Source: an uncultured Paraprevotella sp. | Lineage (GTDB): Bacteria; Bacteroidota; Bacteroidia; Bacteroidales; Bacteroidaceae | DNA: 64,000 nucleotides | Direction: 5' to 3' | Assembly (NCBI GenBank): GCA_944321345.1 | Contig: CALUKY010000013.1 | Location: forward strand, 6,027-70,026 | Shown here: positions 49,501 through 56,918 of the stretch, one piece after another | Layout of the letters: each line of letters opens with the position of its first letter | How positions within the stretch are numbered: the first letter of the stretch is position 1 | Translations under genes and position numbers: made by a program | Notes under the pieces: model-generated | What the model saw: the letters and a program-made list of their open reading frames with translations, nothing else | What the model was told of the DNA's origin: nothing | The model's database searches: none

Positions 49501-49919
49501 AGATCGTGGAAGCCCTCTACCGCCTGCACGGACAGGAGAAGGACTGGAATCCGGCACGGCAGATCGGCATCATCGTACCGTTCCGCGGTCAGATAGCCAT
49601 GATCCGCAAGGAACTGGCGGCACGCAATCTGGAGGGCTATGAAGAGATTACCATCGACACGGTGGAACGCTACCAGGGAAGCCAGCGTGACGTGATCCTG
49701 TTCAGCACCACCATACGCCAGCCGTACCAGCTGGAGGTGCTGTCGACTCCGGTACTCACCGAAGGACAGTGGGTGGACCGCAAACTGAACGTGGCGATCA
49801 CACGGGCACGCAAACAGTTCTTCATCACCGGAAACCCGCATCTGCTGGAACGCTCGCCGGCCTACAGCCAGTTACTGGACTATATCCGGAAACAGGAACA
49901 GAAAAAAGACTATTACTAA
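46530..49919 (+). CDS. DNA2/Upf1-like SF1 helicase with an N-terminal PD-(D/E)xK-type nuclease region
   Basis: Trimmed to the ATG at 46530, which forms an ATGA overlap with the mltF-like stop; 1129 aa. Helicase motifs are GPPGTGKT, AIVDEASQ, ERYQGSQRDVILFS and NVAITRARKQF. The upstream stretch GRLDLLVQDSSKIVELKSGK looks like a D..ExK nuclease motif. Confidence 0.8.
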   Translation: MNAFFEEITDNEQTTRQIEQKYRKLTALTDRLIVDRTRDFAAEFTSMAGRLYALCQTTGYDHRPLARFRKHAAEAIRNTACPDEEDYRQDLKAVCEAVAFLTREDIPEELQVLLPREEPKATERKEPQDFVRKIRITVTGWDGDFVYGTDREQPDEEIRARYRQEDGAFDGLPQWLYAGAQLNLLSVRFTEEEGIRTAQPKLLVLDPDFLIDITAICQCIKPYGTHALNHLINKFTPAPRSAALQLGNLANQFLDACVHDNGMEEKSEEEGYREALLQSFETSPIEYTTLPDINQAFFEQARKQFHHIRDVVRHKFSAEEIDIERQDVQLEPSFLCEALGLQGRLDLLVQDSSKIVELKSGKAEEYPQIRPKEEHALQMALYKEILYYNMGVAHDDVQTYLLYSRYPLLYHIRHSNSELRQAMALRNDMVGLEHLLRNGHSKEVTEQLQEEILVDPAVRNTRFYREYLRKDLMDLIGHLKNMKEVETEYFHTFLAFMEREQFLSKIGDDQPDSGRGFAEIWNRDTVTKQSNGNILTGLKPEPVFDDQGAVTGMNLEMPVYAEDFLPNFRAGDSVLLYERNSEEDSAINKQIFRCQIEEMGTRYIKVRLAYKQKNARVFHLQAHYALEPGYADSSYTQAYRGLYSLLLAPEERRALILGQRKPETDRSITLNRHFENPETEEIVRKAKQAKDYFLLVGPPGTGKTSVALKAMVQELISETPKQNLLLMAYTNRAVDEICQMLEGLDEKPEYVRIGQELNCEKAYRHRLIKYKIREAQNRKQIFDLLEPVQIFVGTISSMAGKSELFELKRFDTAIVDEASQVLEPQLLPLLCAKTSLPDPLYRNNPCAIRKFILIGDHKQLPAVVLQNPARSEVHHEALRAIGLTNCRNSLFERWHTLQQLMHTEQDTVAWLHRQGRMHEELSEFVNRMFYNHQLGLVPLPHQTGKLPSTYRGDDPWMRIAATVRLGFIPVIPREGSENNKVNREEATVTGQIVEALYRLHGQEKDWNPARQIGIIVPFRGQIAMIRKELAARNLEGYEEITIDTVERYQGSQRDVILFSTTIRQPYQLEVLSTPVLTEGQWVDRKLNVAITRARKQFFITGNPHLLERSPAYSQLLDYIRKQEQKKDYY

Positions 49920-49938
49920 CATCATAGAATCAAGATCC

Positions 49939-50142
49939 ATGAAACATTTAAGACCTTTATTTTTACTGGGAGCGCAGAGCCTGTACTGCATGAGTCTGTG
50001 CGCACAGAACGCGCTTCCGGCCAAGACCATGAATCTGCTCGTCGGAGCCCAGCCCCGGCAGGAGCTGCTGCATGGAAACGCCGGCAGCCTGATTCTGCCA
50101 GTGTATGGCGGAGACTACAGCTGGAGCCTTTCACAGACATGA
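49939..50142 (+). pseudogene. possible remnant: signal-peptide-bearing 67-aa ORF
   Basis: MKHLRPLFLLGAQSLYCMSLCAQNA..., a secretion-signal-like N-terminus. The ORF is short and is followed at once by a frame change and a drop in GC. Confidence 0.25.
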
Positions 50143-50263
50143 TTCAAATGGATCTGTATATGTAAAACTACCGGAAACCATTAACTGGAACGGAACAATC
50201 ATTCTGATGAGAACACCTGTTCATGTCCCTACAGATTTCGATTACAGCAAATATGCCCGATAA
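50105..50263 (+). pseudogene. possible C-terminal remnant of a GHKL-type ATPase
   Basis: My translation of the second frame: ...DSNGSVYVKLPETINWNGTIILMRTPVH... It resembles the G-x-G / GT.i.l.lP end of HATPase_c domains. It stops 12 nt before the STAS-like gene. Confidence 0.25.
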
Positions 50264-50274
50264 AACATTATATT

Positions 50275-50613
50275 ATGGAAAAGAGAATAAAAATTGTTGA
50301 ATTAATTAGTGCGGATATCCGCTCAAGGGCGAATGTAAATATCATAAGGTCTGCCATTGATGGAATTAATCAAGACATTGTCCTTGATTTTACAGGTGTA
50401 GCCTTTATGTCACGTTCATTCACAGATGAGTTATATAATTTAATGAATGAACATAAGAATCTCTCTTTAGAGAACATGAATGATTTTATTCAATCTATGT
50501 TGGATACAGTGACAGCTGGAAGAAAATCAAAACGTATTTTTGAATCAGAATCATCTGAAATAAAGGAGTTTGATGATTTAAAAAGTCTAGCTTCATTTTT
50601 ATCAACAATTTGA
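50275..50613 (+). CDS. STAS-like domain protein (DUF4325)
   Basis: 112 aa with IVLDFTGVAFMSRSFTDELYN, which matches the DUF4325 core pattern. The gene is AT-rich. Confidence 0.7.
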   Translation: MEKRIKIVELISADIRSRANVNIIRSAIDGINQDIVLDFTGVAFMSRSFTDELYNLMNEHKNLSLENMNDFIQSMLDTVTAGRKSKRIFESESSEIKEFDDLKSLASFLSTI

Positions 50614-50631
50614 TCCAAATCATTAAATATG

Positions 50632-50666
50632 AAAAAGGCGGTGTTCCTATGGTTCACCGCCTTTTT
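50632..50666. terminator. bidirectional terminator
   Basis: aaaaaggcggtg-ttcctatggtt-caccgccttttt, a perfect stem with an A-run and a T-run, between convergent genes. Confidence 0.8.
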
Positions 50667-50690
50667 CATATAAATTTATCTTCAATAACA

Positions 50691-51776
50691 TTATCGGCGC
50701 ACAAAGCCGATCTTCAGATTCAGCTTGAAATAATACAGTTTGTTCTCACGCTCCAGATAGCCGTACTTGTCCTTTTCGGGCAAGCCTTTCTCCAGACGGG
50801 TATGGGTAAACAGATAATCGCCGAACACATCCTTCTCGGACTTGGTGTAGACCACCACCCGACCATCGGCACCGACCATCAGGATGCCGGACACGGCAGC
50901 GTCGCGACCGGTGTAGATCTTGGCCGGACGGAGTCCCAGGGCCAGAGCCACCAGGAACTGCTTCATCTTATGACGGTAGAAACCGTGCTTGTGAATCAGT
51001 TCGTCCTTGATCTTGAGCGGATTGCGCTCTTCGATCAGCGCCGTCAGCTCGTCGATGCGGCTGATCTGGTCGAGATGGAAAATGCGTAGCATCTCGCACA
51101 GCACGCGCGGAAAATGCAGGTCGATCATGTGCAGGTTACTGCGGAACACACGGTCGCACACATCGGCATACTTGAAGATGCCTCCCATGCTCTCGATATA
51201 GAGCATACGGCGCGCCACCTCGGCGGGATTCTCGGGATTGTCGGTATAGTTGATCTTATAGACCGCCGGCTGCGAGAAACGGATGCCCGTCTGCTCCATC
51301 TTCAGATTGGCCGTACGGCCACCGTCGAGCAAAGGATCGGTAGCGCAAAGACGGGAATAAATGCGCAGACCTACCAGCGGAGCTTCCGGATGATAGAAGG
51401 CGACATACAGATCGGTACGGTCGTCGGTCACCGCTTCCAGATCGTAGATGCGCACGGCATCCAGAAATCCCTCGACACCTTCGGGAGCCTCCACCTCATC
51501 GTCGTGCACGGCCGACAGCGTTTCGAGAATCATTCCGGCTACGGTGGCAAAGTCTTCGCGCGGAACGCGCTCGCTGAAGCCGTCGCCCTGAATATGAATC
51601 TCTTCATTGCCGATCAGATAGCGGCGTGTGCCGTCGTGCTCCTGGCGCTGCACCAGAGCCACGGGCATCCAGTTGCCGGCAGTGCCTTCGGCAGTACCTG
51701 CCGCCAGACCGCCCTGGGCCAGGATGGTGAAGAAGGTATACAGTTCACTCCATTCTCTTCGTGTAGCTGTCATCAT
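50691..51776 (-). CDS. HpaII-family type II restriction endonuclease-like protein
   Basis: Trimmed to the ATG at 51776 (361 aa). The N-terminal REWSELYTFFTILAQGGL matches the (K/R)GEWSE.Y...LL signature I associate with RE_HpaII. Recognition is from memory only. Confidence 0.55.
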   Translation of the reverse strand: MMTATRREWSELYTFFTILAQGGLAAGTAEGTAGNWMPVALVQRQEHDGTRRYLIGNEEIHIQGDGFSERVPREDFATVAGMILETLSAVHDDEVEAPEGVEGFLDAVRIYDLEAVTDDRTDLYVAFYHPEAPLVGLRIYSRLCATDPLLDGGRTANLKMEQTGIRFSQPAVYKINYTDNPENPAEVARRMLYIESMGGIFKYADVCDRVFRSNLHMIDLHFPRVLCEMLRIFHLDQISRIDELTALIEERNPLKIKDELIHKHGFYRHKMKQFLVALALGLRPAKIYTGRDAAVSGILMVGADGRVVVYTKSEKDVFGDYLFTHTRLEKGLPEKDKYGYLERENKLYYFKLNLKIGFVRR

Positions 51777-51829
51777 TGTATTTACTGATTTTGATGGTTT
51801 AAAATAATTCTTTTTCTCTACTTGAAATG

Positions 51830-51837
51830 CAAAGGTA
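51830..51837 (-). promoter_or_regulatory. -7 box TACCTTTG (minus strand) for the HpaII-like gene
   Basis: CAAAGGTA on the plus strand, 54 nt upstream of the ATG at 51776. Confidence 0.4.
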
Positions 51838-51850
51838 ACCATTTATTTCG

Positions 51851-51858
51851 TAACTTTG
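51851..51858 (+). promoter_or_regulatory. -7 box TAACTTTG for glf
   Basis: Matches TAnnTTTG and ends 6 nt before the ATG at 51865. Confidence 0.45.
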
Positions 51859-51864
51859 CCTGAT

Positions 51865-53013
51865 ATGTATGATTTCTTAATTGTCGGAGCCGGCTTATAC
51901 GGTGCGGTTTTTGCCTGCATGGCCCGCCGACGGGGATACCGGTGCCTGGTTCTGGAGAAACGGAAACAGGCCGGCGGAAATATCTATTGCGAAGAAAAGG
52001 ACGGGATACATATTCACCAATATGGCCCCCATATTTTTCACACCTCCAACCGGGAGGTGTGGGACTTCGTGAACGCACTCGTGCCCTTTAACCGGTATAC
52101 CAACGCACCGGTGGCGCGAAGCGGCGACAAGCTGTACAACCTGCCCTTCAACATGAACACCTTCCACCAGCTGTGGGGGGTGCACACACCGGCAGAAGCG
52201 GAGGCCATCCTGCAGGAACAACGGCGCGAAACCGTGGAAAAGATGCGCCGGGAAGGAAGAACTGAAGCGGAAAACCTGGAAGAACAGGCTCTGCTGCTCG
52301 CCGGAAAGGACATTTACGAAACCCTGATCAAGGATTATACGGAAAAGCAGTGGGGGCGCCCCTGCCGCGAACTGCCGGCATTTATCATCAAAAGACTGCC
52401 TCTGCGCCTGTGCTTTGACAACAATTATTTCAATGACCTGTATCAGGGTATTCCCGAAGGAGGATACAACCGGCTGACCGACGCCCTGCTGGAGGGTGTG
52501 GACGTGCTTACGGATACGGATTATCTGGAACGACGGGAGCATTGGAACGCGCAGGCGTCAAAAATTGTCTACACCGGCAGGATCGATGAGTTCTATGACT
52601 TCCGATTCGGGCATCTGGAATACCGCACGGTCTGTTTCGAGGAAGAGAAGCTGATGACGCCCAACTTTCAGGGAAACGCCGTGGTGAACTATACCGACCG
52701 GAGTGTTCCGTATACCCGGATTATCGAACACAAGCATTTTGAGGTTTTCGGGGAGGAAGTGTACCGGAACCCGGTGACTTACGTGTCGCGGGAATATCCC
52801 GTGGAATGGAAAGAAGGACTGGAACCGTATTATCCGATCAACGACGAAAGAAACAACCGGATATACCGGAAATACCGGGAACTGGCCCAAAAGGAAAAAA
52901 ATGTGATTTTCGGCGGCAGACTGGCCGAATACCAGTATTATGACATGCATCATATTGTGGAAAAGGTTCTAAATCTATGGAAGCATGAAGGAGATGATCA
53001 GAAAGGTTTATAA
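51865..53013 (+). CDS. glf: UDP-galactopyranose mutase
   Basis: Track ORF begins at a TTG, so I trimmed it to the ATG at 51865. MYDFLIVGAGLYGAVFA is the FAD fold; also GGNIY and GPHIFHT. Confidence 0.95.
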   Translation: MYDFLIVGAGLYGAVFACMARRRGYRCLVLEKRKQAGGNIYCEEKDGIHIHQYGPHIFHTSNREVWDFVNALVPFNRYTNAPVARSGDKLYNLPFNMNTFHQLWGVHTPAEAEAILQEQRRETVEKMRREGRTEAENLEEQALLLAGKDIYETLIKDYTEKQWGRPCRELPAFIIKRLPLRLCFDNNYFNDLYQGIPEGGYNRLTDALLEGVDVLTDTDYLERREHWNAQASKIVYTGRIDEFYDFRFGHLEYRTVCFEEEKLMTPNFQGNAVVNYTDRSVPYTRIIEHKHFEVFGEEVYRNPVTYVSREYPVEWKEGLEPYYPINDERNNRIYRKYRELAQKEKNVIFGGRLAEYQYYDMHHIVEKVLNLWKHEGDDQKGL

Positions 53014-53395
53014 GAAGTTCAGGCACCTGATTCTCTACGGAATCATCGGCACCTGCGCCTCGTCTCTGGATTTTGCCCTGTTCAGCCTGCTGGTACAGCT
53101 GGCCGGACTGCCTTACCTGCCGGCGAACTGCATCAGTATCCTGGCCGGAATCACAACCAGCTTCACCCTGAACCGTTCCTACAATTTCAAGGTAAAGGAC
53201 AAGTCACTGAAACGGTTCTCGATCTTCCTGACCGTGGGACTGACCGGACTGCTGCTGAGCAATGTGCTGCTGTATCTGCTGATCGAACGGGCCCGGATGG
53301 ACGCCCTGTGGTCGAAACTGCTTTCGATCGGAGCCGTCGTATTTTTTCAGTTCCTGATGAACAAGTTTGTGACATTCAAAGAAAAGACACCATGA
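52985..53395 (+). CDS. GtrA-family membrane protein
   Basis: 136 aa with four hydrophobic segments. GIIGTCASSLDFALF and NRSYNFK match the family pattern. Confidence 0.8.
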   Translation: MKEMIRKVYKKFRHLILYGIIGTCASSLDFALFSLLVQLAGLPYLPANCISILAGITTSFTLNRSYNFKVKDKSLKRFSIFLTVGLTGLLLSNVLLYLLIERARMDALWSKLLSIGAVVFFQFLMNKFVTFKEKTP

Positions 53396-54120
53396 AAGAA
53401 AAGATCTATATCGTCATGCCGGCCTATAACGAGGCGGAGAACATCAAGAAGGTAGTGCAGGACTGGTATCCGGTTGTGGAGGAAATCTGCCGGGAACAGG
53501 AAGCCTGCCTGATGATAGCCAACGATGCCAGCAGCGACAACACCTTTGCCCTTATGGAAGAACTGAAAAAAGACTATCCGCGCTTTGTTCCGATAGACCG
53601 GCCACACGCAGGGCACGGAGGTACCCTGCTGTTTCTGTACCATAAAGCCCTGGAAGAAGGGGCCGACTATATTTTCCAGACCGACAGCGACGGACAGACC
53701 GACCCGAAGGAATTCTGGTCCATGTACCGGCTGCGGAAGGAATATGACCTGCTGATCGGAGAACGGACGGCACGGGGTGACGGCCGCTCCCGGATTATGG
53801 TGACGCGCGTGCTGCGCTGGGTGGTATGGGCCGTGTTCGGTGTGTGGGTACGCGACGCCAATACTCCTTTCCGGCTGATGAACGCCAGATGTCTGCGCGG
53901 CATCCTGCCTTATATCCCCGAAAACTTTTTCCTGAGCAATGTAGCCGTAAGCGCCATCGCCGTAAAACAGAAGAAAAGAATCTGCTGGCAACCGATCACG
54001 TTCAAACCCAGACAGGGCGGTGTCAACTCCATTAACCTGAAACGCATCGTGAAAATAGGGTTCCGCTCGCTGAAGGACCTGTCGCTCATCAACTCGAACC
54101 TGAAACAGAAGACCCCATGA
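53392..54120 (+). CDS. GT2 polyprenyl-phosphate glycosyltransferase (GtrB/DPM1-like)
   Basis: Trimmed to the ATG at 53392 (ATGA overlap with the gtrA stop). Motifs: IVMPAYNEAENI, ANDASSDNT, QTDSDGQ. Confidence 0.85.
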   Translation: MKEKIYIVMPAYNEAENIKKVVQDWYPVVEEICREQEACLMIANDASSDNTFALMEELKKDYPRFVPIDRPHAGHGGTLLFLYHKALEEGADYIFQTDSDGQTDPKEFWSMYRLRKEYDLLIGERTARGDGRSRIMVTRVLRWVVWAVFGVWVRDANTPFRLMNARCLRGILPYIPENFFLSNVAVSAIAVKQKKRICWQPITFKPRQGGVNSINLKRIVKIGFRSLKDLSLINSNLKQKTP

Positions 54121-55553
54121 GAAACGCACCTTGGAAAAATGCCGCATTTCCCGGACTGTGGATGCCGGTAATTCTGATAACGGCCATGGCCTTTTCTCCC
54201 TTGTCGCCCTGGATGGATGCCGTGCCGGATTTCGACTCACAGGTTTTCCTGACCTGCTCGAAACTGATTAACGACGGATGGGTGATGTATCGGGATATCT
54301 TTGACCATAAGGGACCTTTCATCTATCTGTATGACCTGGCCGGATGGAAACTCGGCGGCACCTGGGGAGTATGGCTGCTGGCCCTGTTCTTTCACGGCAT
54401 TTCCTGGTATTATTACGACCGGATGGCCTACCGGATCACCCGTTCCCGACAAACGGCACATCTCACCTCGCTGTTCGTAATCCTGATGCAGATGCAACTG
54501 GGCGAAGACAATACGGTGGAACTGGTGTGCATGCCCTTTCTAACCTATACGGTATCGGTCCTGATCCATCATATCCGAAACGGAAAGCCACTGAAAAAAC
54601 AAAGGGCAACCGCCATGGCAGCCTGCTTTGCCGTAGTGCTTCTGGTCAAACCCAATTTTGCCGCCTGCGCGGTTTTTCCGGCACTGTACGTGCTGATCCG
54701 TACGGTCCTGCAAAAGGAATGGAAGCTTACCGGCACCTATCTGCTCTGCCTGGCGGCAGGCATGGCCCTGGTCCTGATACCGGTATGGGGTTATCTGGCC
54801 GCCAACGGCGCGCTGAAGGCCTTTGTCGACACGTACCTGATCTTCAACTTCCGATATTCGTCGGTGGTCAGCCTGCCGATGCGCACGGAAAGTTTTTTCC
54901 GCCTGTTTGTCTTCACGCCCATGAGTTTGCTGGCTTGCTTTTTCGGGGCTGGCGCCACCCTGCAGCTGATCCGGAAAAAGGAATACCGGAAAGTGATTTT
55001 CCTGAATGCCTGGATGCTGTTTACCGCCATTCTGAATCTGGGATTGTCGGGATTTGCCTACCGCCACTACATCGTGCCGGTGATTCCCGTATGGTGTGTC
55101 TTCATCGCCCTGTACTGGAAAAATGCCGGAGAACGCCTCCGGAAAGCCGGATGGCTCTGCATGCTGGGAAGCGTACTGGTATACGGAAGAGGGTGCTGGC
55201 TGAATGTACGGATCCTGTGTGATCCCGGGCGCAACCAGGAAATGTACCGGGTGGCCGAAACCATCAAGGAGCATAGCGCCCCGGAAGACCGGATTGCCCT
55301 GTATGACGCCCCACCCTATCTGTATGTGCTCAGTCAGCGGAAACCGGCAACACGATATATTTACCAGTATCCGCCTTTCTCCATGAAAGAGGAACTGAAA
55401 GAGGAGTTTTTCGAAGACATTTACCGCAACCGGCCGAAGATGCTGGTCGTGGCGCCGGAGCTGGAACAGGAGTTTGCCCGGTCGTTCCGGAAAGAATACC
55501 AACGCATCCATCTTCCGGAATCCGGTTTCCGGATCTTCAAAAGGAAAAAATAA
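54117..55553 (+). CDS. GT-C fold membrane glycosyltransferase (ArnT/PMT, GT39/83-like)
   Basis: 478 aa and polytopic. It has an early periplasmic-loop motif YRDIFDHKGPFIY and an ATGA overlap with the upstream gene. Confidence 0.7.
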   Translation: MRNAPWKNAAFPGLWMPVILITAMAFSPLSPWMDAVPDFDSQVFLTCSKLINDGWVMYRDIFDHKGPFIYLYDLAGWKLGGTWGVWLLALFFHGISWYYYDRMAYRITRSRQTAHLTSLFVILMQMQLGEDNTVELVCMPFLTYTVSVLIHHIRNGKPLKKQRATAMAACFAVVLLVKPNFAACAVFPALYVLIRTVLQKEWKLTGTYLLCLAAGMALVLIPVWGYLAANGALKAFVDTYLIFNFRYSSVVSLPMRTESFFRLFVFTPMSLLACFFGAGATLQLIRKKEYRKVIFLNAWMLFTAILNLGLSGFAYRHYIVPVIPVWCVFIALYWKNAGERLRKAGWLCMLGSVLVYGRGCWLNVRILCDPGRNQEMYRVAETIKEHSAPEDRIALYDAPPYLYVLSQRKPATRYIYQYPPFSMKEELKEEFFEDIYRNRPKMLVVAPELEQEFARSFRKEYQRIHLPESGFRIFKRKK

Positions 55554-55587
55554 AAGCCAAAAGATATGTGGCTCTGCTTAATTTAAT

Positions 55588-55595
55588 TATCTTTG
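55588..55595 (+). promoter_or_regulatory. -7 box TATCTTTG
   Basis: 35 nt upstream of the ATG at 55630. Confidence 0.45.
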
Positions 55596-55629
55596 CCTTA
55601 GAAATAGATGACAACAAGAGAGAGAGCTT

Positions 55630-56856
55630 ATGATTACACTCAAAGAACTTTATAGAATAGGACAGGGTCCGTCGAGCAGCCATACGATGGGACCGCGCAA
55701 GGCCGCCGAACAGTTTCTGGCCCAAAATGCCGATGCCAGCCGGTTTGAAGTAACCCTCTACGGCAGTCTGGCTGCCACCGGAAAAGGACACATGACCGAT
55801 GTGGCCATTCTGGATGTGCTGGGCGAAGAGCGGACAGACATTATCTGGGAACCGAAAACTTTCCTGCCCTTTCACCCCAACGGCATGAAATTCCGGGCCA
55901 TGGACGGCGAAGGACACGCCGGAGAACCCTGGGTGGTGTTCAGCGTGGGCGGAGGTGCCCTGGCGGAAGAAGGACAGCAGCAGATGACTTTTCCGGAGAT
56001 CTATGACATGAACTCGGCCACCGACATCATGAACTGGTGCATCAGTACCGGAAAAAGCTATTGGGAATATGTGCAGGAATGCGAAGATCCGGATGTGTGG
56101 GATTACCTGAACGAAGTGTGGAAGGTGATGAAAGAGGCCGTGGAACGCGGACTGGACAAGGAAGAAGTGCTGCCGGGACCGCTGAACCTGAGAAGAAAGG
56201 CCGCCTCATACTACGTGCGCGCCGACGGTTACCAGTCGTCGATGAAAACCCGCGGACTGATCTTTGCCTATGCGCTGGCGGTGAGCGAAGAGAATGCCGG
56301 AGGCGGCATTATCGTAACGGCACCGACCTGCGGCTCGTGCGGTGTTCTGCCGGGAGTGCTCTATCATCTGTACAAATCGCGCAATATCAGTGAAAAGCGT
56401 ATGATCCGGGCACTGGCCACTGCCGGTCTGTTCGGAAATATCGTGAAAAAGAACGCATCGATATCCGGAGCCGAAGTGGGCTGTCAGGGCGAAGTGGGTG
56501 TAGCCTGCGCCATGGCCGCCGCCGCTGCCAACCAGCTGTTTGGCGGAAGCCCGGCACAGATTGAATATGCGGCCGAAATGGGACTGGAGCATCACCTGGG
56601 ACTGACCTGTGACCCGGTTTGCGGACTGGTGCAGATTCCCTGCATCGAACGAAACGCCTATGCGGCGGCCCGTGCCATGGATGCCAACTCCTATGCCATG
56701 TTTACCGACGGAACCCACCGCGTATCGTTCGACAAGGTGGTGGAAGTCATGAAGCAGACAGGACACGACCTGCCTTCGCTCTATAAGGAAACAAGTGAAG
56801 GAGGACTGGCACAAGGATTCAAACAGATGTGGGACCTGAGAAAGCACAAAGGATAA
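55630..56856 (+). CDS. sdaA: L-serine ammonia-lyase (iron-sulfur dependent, single chain)
   Basis: 408 aa with GQGPSSSHTMGP, APTCGSCGV and GEVGVACAMAA. Confidence 0.95.
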   Translation: MITLKELYRIGQGPSSSHTMGPRKAAEQFLAQNADASRFEVTLYGSLAATGKGHMTDVAILDVLGEERTDIIWEPKTFLPFHPNGMKFRAMDGEGHAGEPWVVFSVGGGALAEEGQQQMTFPEIYDMNSATDIMNWCISTGKSYWEYVQECEDPDVWDYLNEVWKVMKEAVERGLDKEEVLPGPLNLRRKAASYYVRADGYQSSMKTRGLIFAYALAVSEENAGGGIIVTAPTCGSCGVLPGVLYHLYKSRNISEKRMIRALATAGLFGNIVKKNASISGAEVGCQGEVGVACAMAAAAANQLFGGSPAQIEYAAEMGLEHHLGLTCDPVCGLVQIPCIERNAYAAARAMDANSYAMFTDGTHRVSFDKVVEVMKQTGHDLPSLYKETSEGGLAQGFKQMWDLRKHKG

Positions 56857-56908
56857 AAAAACAGATCCGCCCGAAAGACCTGAAAATCTTTCGGGCGGAT
56901 CTGTTTTC
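56855..56908. terminator. bidirectional terminator
   Basis: 17-bp perfect stem acagatccgcccgaaag / ctttcgggcggatctgt, flanked by an A-run and a T-run. Confidence 0.85.
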
Positions 56909-56918
56909 GGGCAAACGG

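Noticed and set aside
53347-55511. Minus-strand ORFs of 297 aa and 323 aa
   Set aside because: They are antisense to the GT2 and GT-C genes of the glf operon.
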